DNA of 64,000 nucleotides, from NCBI GenBank assembly GCA_032127745.1, contig JAQBHL010000225.1, positions 655 to 64,654 on the forward strand. Reading direction: 5' to 3'. Source of the DNA: Acidobacteriota bacterium. GTDB taxonomy: Bacteria; Acidobacteriota; Vicinamibacteria; Fen-336; JAGNNV01. Below are positions 40,535-50,341 of this stretch, one piece after another. The notes below the pieces were generated by a model that worked only from the letters and a program-made list of their open reading frames with translations, had not been told where the DNA came from and did no database searches. The stretch's first letter is position 1, and every line of letters begins with the position of its first letter. Made by a program: the position numbers and the translations under genes.

Positions 40535-41293
40535 TTATCGGTCCTGTGGCTTGGCGGTCACGCGCACCAGGTTCTTCATCAGTTCGCTGGTGCGGGCCGC
40601 GTCCGCTCCGGTGCGGGAGTCGATATAGGCGAGACCGGCGGCGATCTGGGCCATGTCGTACTGTCGCTGGAGATCGGTCTGGCTCTTGAGGCCGGCGAGG
40701 CGTGTCTCCACCAGGCTCGCCTGGCGGGCTTCGCTTTCCTTGAGGAGTCTCTCGATGACGTTGGGCGAGACGGTGGAGACCGATTTCAGGGAGTTTTCCG
40801 GGCGAGCGGTGGAAGCGGACGCCTGAAGAACCAGGGACTGACGCAGATCGGCCAGCTCGGCCTGATGCCGGCTTTCCTGGGTCTGCAGCAACTCCTGCAG
40901 TTCGTCATATGAAACCAGCCTCGGAGTGGACGCGCCCGTCGACGCGGAGGGGGTGAAACTCTGGTTGGACGCGACCGGAGAAGAAGGCGTCAAGGCGTTA
41001 CGTCCCGCCATCGAGAGCCCGACGCCGAGCACGAGGCCGGCGGCCGCGGCCAGACCGGCCGGGAACCATCGGACCCTGGCCCGGGGCGGCACGGGCAAGG
41101 TGGCAGCGGGGAGGGTCCAGCCACCGAGTTCCTTGCGGACCGCTTTGAGGTCCGCGTAGTCGGCCCGGCAGGGCACGCACCGGGCTAGATGATCCCGGGC
41201 GCGCGACCGCTCGGCGTGTTCGCCGTCGTCGTAGAGAAGGGCGACCATGTCGTCGCGCAGGGCTTCGCAGTTGGAGTTGGAATTTGTGGTCAT
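40535..41293 (-). CDS. Anti-sigma factor (zinc-finger, single-pass)
   Basis: The N-terminal motif HLARCVPCRADY is followed by a single TM segment. The gene lies directly downstream of the ECF sigma gene. Confidence 0.65.
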   Translation of the reverse strand: MTTNSNSNCEALRDDMVALLYDDGEHAERSRARDHLARCVPCRADYADLKAVRKELGGWTLPAATLPVPPRARVRWFPAGLAAAAGLVLGVGLSMAGRNALTPSSPVASNQSFTPSASTGASTPRLVSYDELQELLQTQESRHQAELADLRQSLVLQASASTARPENSLKSVSTVSPNVIERLLKESEARQASLVETRLAGLKSQTDLQRQYDMAQIAAGLAYIDSRTGADAARTSELMKNLVRVTAKPQDR

Positions 41294-41339
41294 GAGAGTT
41301 GATCCAGAGGGAAATTCATGCTGAAAGTGCTCGCTGATC

Positions 41340-41945
41340 CTAAGAGGCGTTGGAATCGGGTATGGGAGATGCGCCGGTCACGCCATCCCGGGCGAGGTGC
41401 TGCTTCAGCTCCACGAGGCCGCGATAGAGACGGGTCTTCACGGTCGAGGTAGGCAGGCCCAGGGTCTCGGCGATTTCGACGAACGTCAGGCCCTCGTATT
41501 CCTTCAAGACGATGACCTCGCGCTGATCTTCGGAGAGTTTCTGAATAGCTGAGCGGACCCGCTCGGCCAGTTGATTCCCCTCACTGAGCTCCAGGGGCGA
41601 GGGGCCCTTGGACAGCAGTAGGGGGATCCTGGGTTCGGGTTCGTCGAGGCTGACATAGTTCTTTCCCTTCTTACGACGCAGAGAGTCGCGACAAAGATTG
41701 AGGGCGATCTGGTAGATCCAGGACGAAAACTTGGCCTCGCGCTTGAACGCCTTGAGACCACGGAAAGCTCGCAGGAAGGCCTCCTGCGTGATGTCCGCGG
41801 CGTCCTCGGTAGAGCCCAGAACGCGCCACACCGCGCCCCGGATCCTCGACTGCCAGCGAGACACAAGTTCATCGTAGGCGGCCAGATGGCCGGCTTGGAA
41901 GGCTTCGACGAGCTGCTCGTCCGACATCTGCGAATTATCAAGCAT
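41340..41945 (-). CDS. ECF-subfamily RNA polymerase sigma-70 factor
   Basis: Region 2 DITQEAFLRAFR and region 4 ...LTFVEIAETLGLPTSTVKTRLYRG are both present. Confidence 0.85.
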   Translation of the reverse strand: MLDNSQMSDEQLVEAFQAGHLAAYDELVSRWQSRIRGAVWRVLGSTEDAADITQEAFLRAFRGLKAFKREAKFSSWIYQIALNLCRDSLRRKKGKNYVSLDEPEPRIPLLLSKGPSPLELSEGNQLAERVRSAIQKLSEDQREVIVLKEYEGLTFVEIAETLGLPTSTVKTRLYRGLVELKQHLARDGVTGASPIPDSNAS

Positions 41946-42000
41946 CAGCCGGGAACTTCCTGGCTTTCAAGGGTTGAGACGCGGGGGGCCGCAAACAGTT

Positions 42001-42882
42001 TCAAGCCTTAGGGTGAGTCTGTTTGTATATATCGAGCAAATACTTGGGATTCACGTGGGTGTAACGTTGTGTGGTCGAGAGGCTGGAGTGACCAAGAAGC
42101 TCCTGAATCGATCTCAGGTCGCCTCCTCGCTGGAGCATGTGGGTCGCGAAGGAGTGTCTCAAGGTGTGGGTGCTCGCCTTCGTTCGAATCGAGGCTCTCA
42201 CCAGGCCTCGAGCCACGATTCGCCTTATCGTGCGGTCCGAAAGGTGCTTCCCGTTTAGCCCCATGAAGAGAGGATCCGTACCAAGGATCTTCGGGCGCTT
42301 AGCTAAATAGCGCGTTATAGCTAAAGATGCCGGAACTCCGAATGGCACCCATCGTTCTTTTCGTCCTTTACCAAGAATACGTATCGATCTATTTGCCTGG
42401 TCGACGTCGTCCAGGACGAGTCCTACTATCTCAGAGCACCGCATCCCGGTCGAGTACAGCAATTCGAGGACGGCCGTATCCCTTGTTTCCGATTTTTTGG
42501 TCTTATCGGAAGTATTGATGAGTTGGTCTGCCTCGTCCTCCTGAAGATAGGTCGGAATCCGGAGGTCCTTCCTGGGTCCGATCAGGCTGCGGGCCGGATT
42601 CCTGCTGAGTGTGCCCTCTCGACAAAGAAACCGGAAGAATGAGCGAAAAGTCGCAAGCTTCCTGCCCGCCGTGGTGGCCGAGGCCTTGCGGCCATGGAGA
42701 TCGGCGAAGAAAGCGCGCAGGAGCCAGAGGTCGATCTCGATCGGAGCCGGTTCATGACCCAGTCGGACCCCCGCGAACGCCTCCAACTGGCTTAGATCCT
42801 TCGAGTAGGCCCTGAGGGTGTGGGGAGACGCGTTGCGCTCGTTGGCCAGGGAGGCCAGGAAGCGGCCGATGTCTTCCTTCAT
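42001..42882 (-). CDS. xerC: Tyrosine recombinase XerC/XerD
   Basis: The catalytic residues R..HxxR..Y are present (HTLRHSFATHML...RYTH). The gene sits in the conserved dprA-topA-trmFO-xerC order. Confidence 0.85.
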   Translation of the reverse strand: MKEDIGRFLASLANERNASPHTLRAYSKDLSQLEAFAGVRLGHEPAPIEIDLWLLRAFFADLHGRKASATTAGRKLATFRSFFRFLCREGTLSRNPARSLIGPRKDLRIPTYLQEDEADQLINTSDKTKKSETRDTAVLELLYSTGMRCSEIVGLVLDDVDQANRSIRILGKGRKERWVPFGVPASLAITRYLAKRPKILGTDPLFMGLNGKHLSDRTIRRIVARGLVRASIRTKASTHTLRHSFATHMLQRGGDLRSIQELLGHSSLSTTQRYTHVNPKYLLDIYKQTHPKA

Positions 42883-42885
42883 GGC

Positions 42886-44235
42886 TCAGGCGACGACGGG
42901 GGGCGTCGCCTCCTCGGCTTTGAAGTCCCGGTCGATGAAAGCGGCGAGGGCGCCTAGCGCTCTTTCCGAAAGCGCCCGGCGGCGGCGGCGCTTGTCGCGG
43001 ATGGGCTCGGCCAGGTCGGGAAAAAGGCCGAAGGCGATGTTCGTCGGCTGGTAGTGTTTCGGATCGGAGAGGGAGATGTAGCGGCCCAGGGCGCCCATCG
43101 CGGTCTCGGCGGGAAAGGAAGCCGGCTCAACGCCGCGGGCGCGGGCGGCCGCCGCGATCCCCGCGAGCAGCCCGGACGCGGCAGACTCGACGTAGCCCTC
43201 AACCCCGCTCATCTGTCCGGCGAAGAAGAGCCCGGGACGGACGCGCGCCTCGAATGTGGGCTGAAGGGCTTTCGGCGCGTTGATGAAGGTGTTGCGATGG
43301 ATCATTCCGAAGCGCACGAACTCGGCGTTCTCCAGTCCCGGAATCATTCTGAAGATCCTCTTCTGCTCGGGCCACTTGAGGTGGGTCTGAAAGCCCACCA
43401 TCGAGAAATGGCTCGCGGCCAGATTGTCCTGCCTCAACTGCACCACCGCAAAAGGACGGCGGCCGGTGACCGGATCGATCAGCCCGACCGGCTTCATGGG
43501 CCCGAAGCGCATGGTCTCGGGACCCCGGCTCGCGATCACTTCGATGGGCAGGCAGCCCTCGAAGAAGAACTCCTTCTCGAAATCCTTCACCTCCGAACAC
43601 TCCGCCCCGGTGAGCGCCTCGAAGAAGGCCCGGTATGCGCCCTCGTCCATCGGGCAGTTGAGGTAGTCGTCCGTGCCCTTCTGGTAGCGCGAGGCGCGGA
43701 AAACCTTCTTCATGTCGATGCTGTCCGCTTCGATCACCGGGCTGACCGCGTCGTAGAAATGCAGGTGGGTGTCTCCGACGAATCGGGCGATGTCCTGGGC
43801 GAGGGCGTCGGAAGTCAGCGGTCCGGTGGCCACGATGACGAGGGGCGCTTCGGGGATGGACCGGCATTCCTCCCTATGAATGGCCACCCCGGGCAGCTTG
43901 GTGATTTCTTCGGTGATCCGTTGGGCGAAGACACCGCGATCCACGGCCAGGGCGCTGCCGGCGGGGACGCGGACCTCGTCGGCCACCTTGATGATCAGGG
44001 AGTCGAGCCGCCGCATCTCCTCTTTGAGAATGCCCGCGGCCTGATCCAGATCATTCCCTCGCAGGGAGTTGGAACACACGAGTTCGGCGAAGTCCGAGGT
44101 CTGGTGCACCGGCGTCTTCAATACCGGTCGCATCTCGAACAGATCAACGCCCAGCCCGCGCTTGGCGAGCTGCCAGGTGGCCTCGCTTCCGGCGAGGCCG
44201 CCGCCCACGACCGTGACCCTGGGCGTGGAGCTCAA
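42886..44235 (-). CDS. trmFO: Methylenetetrahydrofolate--tRNA-(uracil54-C5)-methyltransferase TrmFO
   Basis: The sequence VTVVGGGLAGSEATWQLAKRGL...ELVCSNSL is characteristic. The TTG start at 44235 overlaps the topA stop as TTGA and matches the family start spacing. An ATG at 44277 is an alternative. Confidence 0.8.
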   Translation of the reverse strand: MSSTPRVTVVGGGLAGSEATWQLAKRGLGVDLFEMRPVLKTPVHQTSDFAELVCSNSLRGNDLDQAAGILKEEMRRLDSLIIKVADEVRVPAGSALAVDRGVFAQRITEEITKLPGVAIHREECRSIPEAPLVIVATGPLTSDALAQDIARFVGDTHLHFYDAVSPVIEADSIDMKKVFRASRYQKGTDDYLNCPMDEGAYRAFFEALTGAECSEVKDFEKEFFFEGCLPIEVIASRGPETMRFGPMKPVGLIDPVTGRRPFAVVQLRQDNLAASHFSMVGFQTHLKWPEQKRIFRMIPGLENAEFVRFGMIHRNTFINAPKALQPTFEARVRPGLFFAGQMSGVEGYVESAASGLLAGIAAAARARGVEPASFPAETAMGALGRYISLSDPKHYQPTNIAFGLFPDLAEPIRDKRRRRRALSERALGALAAFIDRDFKAEEATPPVVA

Positions 44236-46761
44236 CTGGCCTTCTCGGCGGGCACCGGCGCCGCCGCGACGAACCATTCCGGAGCCCCATCCATGGGCCG
44301 CTCGTAGCCGCAGTCCTCGTCGGAACAGGCGATCATCCAGCCCTGTTTCTTGGTGTCCTTTTGAAGCAGATACGGCTTCGCACACTTGGGGCACGGCTCC
44401 GCGATCGGGCGGTGGTAAGCGGTGAACTTGCACTTCGGATACTGGCGACACCCGTAGAAAGGCTTGCCGAACCGGCCCTTGCGCTCGACGATCTGGCCTT
44501 CATGGCACTCGGGGCAGAGAAGACCGATGTCCTTGGCTTCCTTCTTCTTGATGTATTTGCAGGTCGGGTAGTCGGAGCAGGCAATGAAGTTGCCGAAGCG
44601 ACCCTTGCGCCAGGCCAGCGGCTTCTTGCACTCCGGGCAGAACTCGTTTTCGATGGGCTTGAGCTTCTCCAGTTCGAGCCTGCCCTCCGCCCCTCGCACC
44701 AGTTTCTTGGTGACCTTGCAGTCAGGATACTTGGGGCAGGCCAGGAAGAAACCAAACCGGCCCTTGCGGGGCACGAGCATTTCGGCGTGCTCCGGGCACG
44801 GCTGCGACAAGGCCTCCTCGGAGGCCTCGGGCGCGCCCTCCGCCGCCCCCGCGATCTGTCTCGTGGTCTTGCAGTCGGGATAGTTCGAGCAGGCGAGAAA
44901 CCGGCCGTAGCGGCCCCACTTCATCACCATGGGCGAGCTGCACTTTTCGCAGATCTCGTCGGTCTTCTCTTCCACGCCCTTGACCGACCGCATCTTCTTG
45001 GCCGCGAGCTTCAAGTCCTTCTCGAACTTCTTCCAGAATTGATTCAGGGTGTTGAGGAGGGTGTCGGTGCCCTCCTCGATCTCATCGAGTTCGTGCTCCA
45101 TGGCCGCGGTGTATTCCACGTTGACGATGTCGGCGAAGTTCTCGACCAGAAGGTCGGTGACGAGAAAGCCGATCTCGCTCGGCCAGAGGCGGCCATCGCG
45201 CTTCTCGATGTAGTCGCGCGCCTCGATGGTGGAGATGATGGAGGCGTAGGTCGAAGGCCGGCCGATGCCGTTCTCTTCGAGCTCCTTCACCAGGCTCGCT
45301 TCGGAGAAGCGGGGCGGCGGCTCGGTGAAGTGCTGATCGGTGTCGAGTTTGAGGAGCTTGAGCTTCTGGCCTTCTTCGAGAGGAGGCAGTCCCTCCTTCG
45401 CTTCCGGTTCGGCGTCAGCCTCGGCGGCGGGCCCGCCCATGGCTTCGTTCTTCTTCGCTCTGGCTTTCGCCACCTCGTCCTTGGATTCCTCGTAGACGGC
45501 CAGGAAGCCCTTGAATTTCATGACCTGGCCGCGCGCCCGAAGCAGGTACTCGGCCGCCGTGATCTCCACCGCGGTCTCGTCGAACACCGCCGGCTTCATC
45601 TGGGAGGCGACGAAGCGGTTCCAGATCAGCTCATAGAGGGCGATCTCGTCCTTGCCGAGGTGCTTGCGCAGGCTCGAGGGCGTGAGGGTCAGGTCGGTCG
45701 GTCGTATGGCTTCGTGAGCGTCCTGGGCGCCTTCCTTGGTTCGGTACAGAATCGGCTTTTCGGGAAGGTAGTCCTCCCCATAGGCCGAGCCGATGTGGCC
45801 CCGAACCGCGGTCAGGGCGTCGTCGGAGACTCGGGTCGAGTCGGTTCTCATGTACGTGATCAACCCCACGCTGCCTTCGCCCCCGACTTCGAGCCCCCTC
45901 ATACAGTTTCTGCGCCACCTGCATGGTCTTCTTGACCGGAAAGCGCAGCTTGCGGAAGGCGTCCTGCTGAAGCTTGGAGGTGATGAAAGGCGGCACGGGA
46001 TAGCGCTTGCGCTCTTTCCGCGTGACCTTGGAGACGCGGTAGGCCGCTTTCTCGAGGTCCTTGCGGACGGCCATGGCGTCGGTCTCGTTGGTGACCTCGA
46101 TCTTCTCGCCGTTCTTCCGGGAGAGGCCGGCGGGGAAGATGGGGGGAACGCCGCTGTCGAGACGCGCTATGACCGACCAGTACTCCTCGGGCACGAAGGC
46201 CTTGATCTCGCGGTCACGCTCGCAGATCAAACGCAGGGCCACGGACTGAACCCGCCCGGCGGAAAGGCCGCGGCGCACTTTGTCCCAGAGGATGGGAGAG
46301 ACCTTGTAGCCGACCAGACGGTCCAGAACGCGCCTCGCCTGCTGCGCGTCCACCTTCTGAACGTTCAGTTCCTCGGGGTGCTCGAAGGCCTTCTGGATGG
46401 CGGTCTTGGTGATTTCGTGAAAGACCACGCGCTTGAACTTCGACTTGCCCTTGGCCTTCTTGCCGCCCAGTTCCTGGGCCAGGTGCCAGCAGATGGCCTC
46501 TCCCTCGCGATCGGGGTCGGCGGCCAGGAAGACTTCATCCGCATCCTTGGCCGCCTTCTTGAGCTCGTCCATGATCTTCTTGCGGGTGGGCAGGATTTCG
46601 TAGTCGATTTCGAAACCCTTTTCGACATCGACGCCCAGTTTGCTCTTGGGCAAATCCCGGACGTGGCCCATGGAAGCCTTCACCGTGTAGCCCTTCCCCA
46701 GATACTTGTTTATGGTCCTGGCTTTGGCGGGTGACTCAACAATGACGAGGCGATTTGGCAA
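44232..46761 (-). CDS. topA: DNA topoisomerase I, split by a 1-nt homopolymer frameshift in this assembly
   Basis: The N-terminal ORF (to ...KKTMQVAQKLYEG) and the C-terminal ORF (from ...GLITYMRTDS, plus five C4 zinc ribbons) lie in frames that differ by one nucleotide. Deleting one C from the C5 run at 45894..45898 joins them as KLYEGLEVGGEGSVGLITYMRTDS. Confidence 0.8.
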
Positions 46762-46811
46762 GATGAGGGGTCTTTCTTCCTTGGCTTGAGGGATGCGCTT
46801 TCCTTTCTAGG

Positions 46812-47873
46812 TTATGCCGGACTTGCGCTGCGGAACAAAGTGCCCGGTAATCTTTCGATTTTTCCGTCGAGTTCCAGCTCGGATAAACGGGCGATCAGGA
46901 CGGACGGAGCAAGACCTGTATCCACAGCAAGTTGGTCGACCGATTTGGCGGTGGAATGGGCGAGTCTTTCAAGAATCGGATCCCCCGCGAGCGAGTGATC
47001 CCGGGACGGGGCGGTGTTGATTCCGAGATGCTCGAGAACGTCCTCCAGGCCTCGCACCAGGACCGCGCCATCCCGCAGCAGAAGGTTCGGGCCGTAGGCG
47101 AGCGGGTCCGCGGGACGACCCGGAACCGCCAGCACATCACGACCCTCCTCGAGGGCCACGCGCGCGGTGATGAGGGCGCCGCTCTTCGATCCCGCCTCGA
47201 CCACCACCACCGCCTCGCACAGACCCACGATGATCCGGTTGCGGGAGGGGAAGTGAGATGGAGCCGGTCGCGTCCCGGGCGGGAGTTCCGAGACCACGCC
47301 ACCGTCTTTTTCGATTCGAGCGGCGAGGCCGGAGTGTTCGCCCGGGTAGATGATGTCGACGCTCGATCCGAGGACGGCGAGGGTCGTCCCCTTTCCCGAC
47401 AGCGCTCCCTCGTGCGCGGCGCCGTCGATCCCGCGGGCGAGTCCTGACACCACCTCGATGCCCTGCGCGCCGAGGCCGCGGGCCAGGTCCCGCGCAAAGG
47501 AACGACCCCAGGGGGTGGCGCCACGCGCGCCCACGACGGCCACCCGGCGAACCCCGCCGCGCAGCGACCCGCGCAGGAAGAGAACCGGCGGCGGGTCGTA
47601 GAGCGCTTCGAGGGACTTTGGATAGGCGGGAGTGTCGAGAACGATCAGCGACTGGCCCTTCCTCGTCGCCTGTTCATGAACCCGTTCCGCCTCGCGCCGG
47701 GCCGAGCGGTCTTCAAGGCCGCGCAGGGCGGCGGCGGCGATGAGATGCCCGAAACGCCGCGGGTTCTCATAAACCTCGTCGATCCCGCCCACCCGGACCA
47801 GGCTGGCCAGGCGACGGGGACTGAAGCCGGGAAGGCGCATGAGGGTGAGGACACGAAGGGTTCTTTCTTCCAT
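46812..47873 (-). CDS. dprA: DNA processing protein DprA (Smf)
   Basis: The start is at the internal Met MEERTLRV. The Rossmann-like DprA core is ...VVSGLARGIDGAAHEGAL.... Confidence 0.8.
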   Translation of the reverse strand: MEERTLRVLTLMRLPGFSPRRLASLVRVGGIDEVYENPRRFGHLIAAAALRGLEDRSARREAERVHEQATRKGQSLIVLDTPAYPKSLEALYDPPPVLFLRGSLRGGVRRVAVVGARGATPWGRSFARDLARGLGAQGIEVVSGLARGIDGAAHEGALSGKGTTLAVLGSSVDIIYPGEHSGLAARIEKDGGVVSELPPGTRPAPSHFPSRNRIIVGLCEAVVVVEAGSKSGALITARVALEEGRDVLAVPGRPADPLAYGPNLLLRDGAVLVRGLEDVLEHLGINTAPSRDHSLAGDPILERLAHSTAKSVDQLAVDTGLAPSVLIARLSELELDGKIERLPGTLFRSASPA

Positions 47874-47983
47874 CGAGGGATTGTGCGCGGGCGCCCGTCC
47901 AGACCGGGTCCCTTGGCGGCGATCCCTGGTCGGATGAGCGGCCAGCAGCCGCGGAGCGGCATAATCAGGGTTTTCATAGCGCC

Positions 47984-50146
47984 ATGATTCGGTTCGAAGA
48001 GATCGCCGAAATTGTCCAGCTCCACCACCCGGGAGCCGATCTCGACGTGCTGCGACGGGCCTACGTCTTCTCGGCCGTCGCTCACAAGGGCCAGATCCGG
48101 GCCAGCGGCGAGCCCTACCTCTCGCATCCTCTCGAAGTCGCGAACATCCTCGCCTCCTGGCGTCTCGACCCCATCTGCGTGGCCGTAGGCCTGCTCCATG
48201 ATGCTCTGGAAGACACTCTCGCCACTCCAAAGGAGATCGAGGAGAAGTTCGGCCCCGTGGTCCTGCACATCGTGGAAGGGCTCACCAAGATTTCGCAGAT
48301 CTCGTTCTCCTCGGCGGAGGACCGCCAGGCGGAGAGTTTCCGGAAGCTGCTTCTCGCCATGGTCGACGATGTCCGGGTGATTCTGGTCAAGCTCGCGGAT
48401 CGCCTGCACAACATGAGGACGCTCGAGCACCTGCCCGAGGAAAAGCGTCTGCGGATCGCGGAAGAGACCATGGAGATCTACGCGGCCCTGGCCGGCCGCC
48501 TGGGCATGAGCCGGATCAAGAACGAGCTCGAGGACCTTGCCTTCAAGCACCTCGAACCGGAGGCCTACCGCGCCCTCGCGAAACGGGTGGAGGGCCGTCG
48601 CGCCGACGCCGATGCTGTGATCGCCAGGATGAGCGGGGTGATTCGCGACCTCATCGCCGAGGCCGGCATCGAGGCTCGAATCGATGGCCGGGTGAAACGA
48701 CTCTTTTCCATTCATCAGAAACTGGTTCGTCAGAAGATCGATCTGGACGAGTTGTACGACTTCATCGCGTTGCGGGTGGTGGTGAATTCGGTATCGGACT
48801 GCTACGCGGTCTTGGGCCTGCTTCATCACGCGCTCAAGCCCGTGCCCGGACGGATCAAGGACCTGATCGCCATCCCCCGACCGAACGGCTATCGCTCGCT
48901 CCACACCTCGCTGGTGGGAGATCACGGCACGCCCTTCGAGGTCCAGATCCGGACCGAGGAGATGCACCGGATCGCCGAAGAAGGCATCGCCGCTCACTGG
49001 AAGTACAAGGAAGGCCAGCCGGCGCTTTCGAAGGACGATGAGACCTTCGCCTGGCTGAGGCAGCTTCTGGAGGACGTACAGGACCCGAAGGAATTCCTGA
49101 GTTCCCTCAAACTCGATCTGTACCCGGAAGAGGTGTACTGCTTCACCCCCAAGGGCGCGGTGCGGACCCTGCCCCGGGGGGCCACGCCCATCGACTTCGC
49201 CTTCGCGATTCACTCGGAAGTCGGGAGACGCTGCGTGGGCGCACGGGTGGGCGGCAGGATCGTCCCCCTCCGGACCAAACTCAAGAACGGGGACATCGTG
49301 GAGATCCTGACCGCGCCCGGCCAGCACCCCAGCCGTGACTGGCTCAACTTCGCGGTGACTTCCCGCGCCCGGTCGCGGATCAAGCACGACCTGCATCTGG
49401 CCGAAAGGCAGCAGGCGCGCGACCTCGGCCGCCGTCTCCTGGAGCGCGAATGGAAGAAGTCTCCTCTTCGATCAAAGACGATCGAGGACGAAGCGAGCAG
49501 AATCGAGGCGCTGGGTCGGGAGCTCGGGGCAGGAAACCGGTTCGAGGAGGTCCTCTCCTCCCTGGGCTTCGGTCGGATCGACGCCGCCTCTTTCGTCGAG
49601 AAACTGACCCCGCCGGAGCTGCGGGGCAAGACGCCCCTCCCGCCGCCGCCGCCGCCGCGACGCCATCGGTCGGTCGCTCCCGGCGACGCCCGGATCTCCG
49701 TGCAGGGCGTCGATCACCTGCTCGTGTATCGCGCCCGATGCTGCTCGCCCATCCAGGGTGATGCGATCACCGGCTACATCACCCGAGGACAAGGCGTCTC
49801 CGTGCACTCGGTGAACTGCCCCAACGTGAAGAACGCGGTGGTGGACGCTCAACGCCGGGTGCCGGTGTCCTGGGACGCGACCCCGGGAGAAACCTATCCC
49901 GTGCGTCTCAGTGTCGAAGTCCACGACCGTCCCGGTCTTCTCGCCGCCATGACCACCGCCGTGTCCGACAAGGGCGGCGATATCCGGCGGGCCGAGGCCA
50001 GGACGTACGACGACCGCCCGGGGGTGGTGGACCTGGTCATCCGGGTCCGGGACCTCGAGCACCTGAAGGCGCTGGTGCGGTCGGTGAAGGACATTTCCGG
50101 CGTGGCCAAGGTGGAACGAACCTCTCTGTCGGACACGCCCCACTGA
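47984..50146 (+). CDS. rel: Bifunctional (p)ppGpp synthetase/hydrolase Rel (RelA/SpoT family)
   Basis: An HD domain (HPLEVANILA...HDALEDT) is followed by synthetase, TGS and C-terminal ACT domains. Confidence 0.9.
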   Translation: MIRFEEIAEIVQLHHPGADLDVLRRAYVFSAVAHKGQIRASGEPYLSHPLEVANILASWRLDPICVAVGLLHDALEDTLATPKEIEEKFGPVVLHIVEGLTKISQISFSSAEDRQAESFRKLLLAMVDDVRVILVKLADRLHNMRTLEHLPEEKRLRIAEETMEIYAALAGRLGMSRIKNELEDLAFKHLEPEAYRALAKRVEGRRADADAVIARMSGVIRDLIAEAGIEARIDGRVKRLFSIHQKLVRQKIDLDELYDFIALRVVVNSVSDCYAVLGLLHHALKPVPGRIKDLIAIPRPNGYRSLHTSLVGDHGTPFEVQIRTEEMHRIAEEGIAAHWKYKEGQPALSKDDETFAWLRQLLEDVQDPKEFLSSLKLDLYPEEVYCFTPKGAVRTLPRGATPIDFAFAIHSEVGRRCVGARVGGRIVPLRTKLKNGDIVEILTAPGQHPSRDWLNFAVTSRARSRIKHDLHLAERQQARDLGRRLLEREWKKSPLRSKTIEDEASRIEALGRELGAGNRFEEVLSSLGFGRIDAASFVEKLTPPELRGKTPLPPPPPPRRHRSVAPGDARISVQGVDHLLVYRARCCSPIQGDAITGYITRGQGVSVHSVNCPNVKNAVVDAQRRVPVSWDATPGETYPVRLSVEVHDRPGLLAAMTTAVSDKGGDIRRAEARTYDDRPGVVDLVIRVRDLEHLKALVRSVKDISGVAKVERTSLSDTPH

Positions 50147-50231
50147 TCCATCAGGAAAGGACGGTCAAGATGGCCAACTGGTCCGAGCTCACTCCAAGAC
50201 CGGCCCTTGGGAGGAGCTTCACAAGGTGCGA

Positions 50232-50307
50232 TGGTGGGCCCGCCGGGATTCGAACCCGGGACTTGCCGGTTATGAGCCGGGGGTTCTAACCGCTGAACTA
50301 CAGGCCC
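50232..50307 (-). tRNA. tRNA with anticodon CAU (elongator Met or Ile2/lysidine type; not initiator)
   Basis: A 76-nt cloverleaf was folded by hand. The acceptor stem is GGGCCTG/CGGGCCC (G1-C72), the D stem GTTC/GAAC, the anticodon loop CUCAUAA, the T arm CCGGG-TTCGAAT-CCCGG, and CCA is encoded. Confidence 0.8.
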
Positions 50308-50341
50308 GCCCGGGAGACTAGCAGGCCGGGCGCGGGCCCTT

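Noticed and set aside
42001-42882. XerC as the integrase of an integrated mobile element
   Set aside because: It sits in the conserved housekeeping dprA-topA-trmFO-xerC block. No flanking direct repeats, tRNA target or cargo genes are visible. Only the compositional anomaly is retained as a finding.
44361-46734. + strand ORFs antisense to topA (44361..45935, 45793..46734)
   Set aside because: They are shadow ORFs. topA identity on the - strand is unambiguous.
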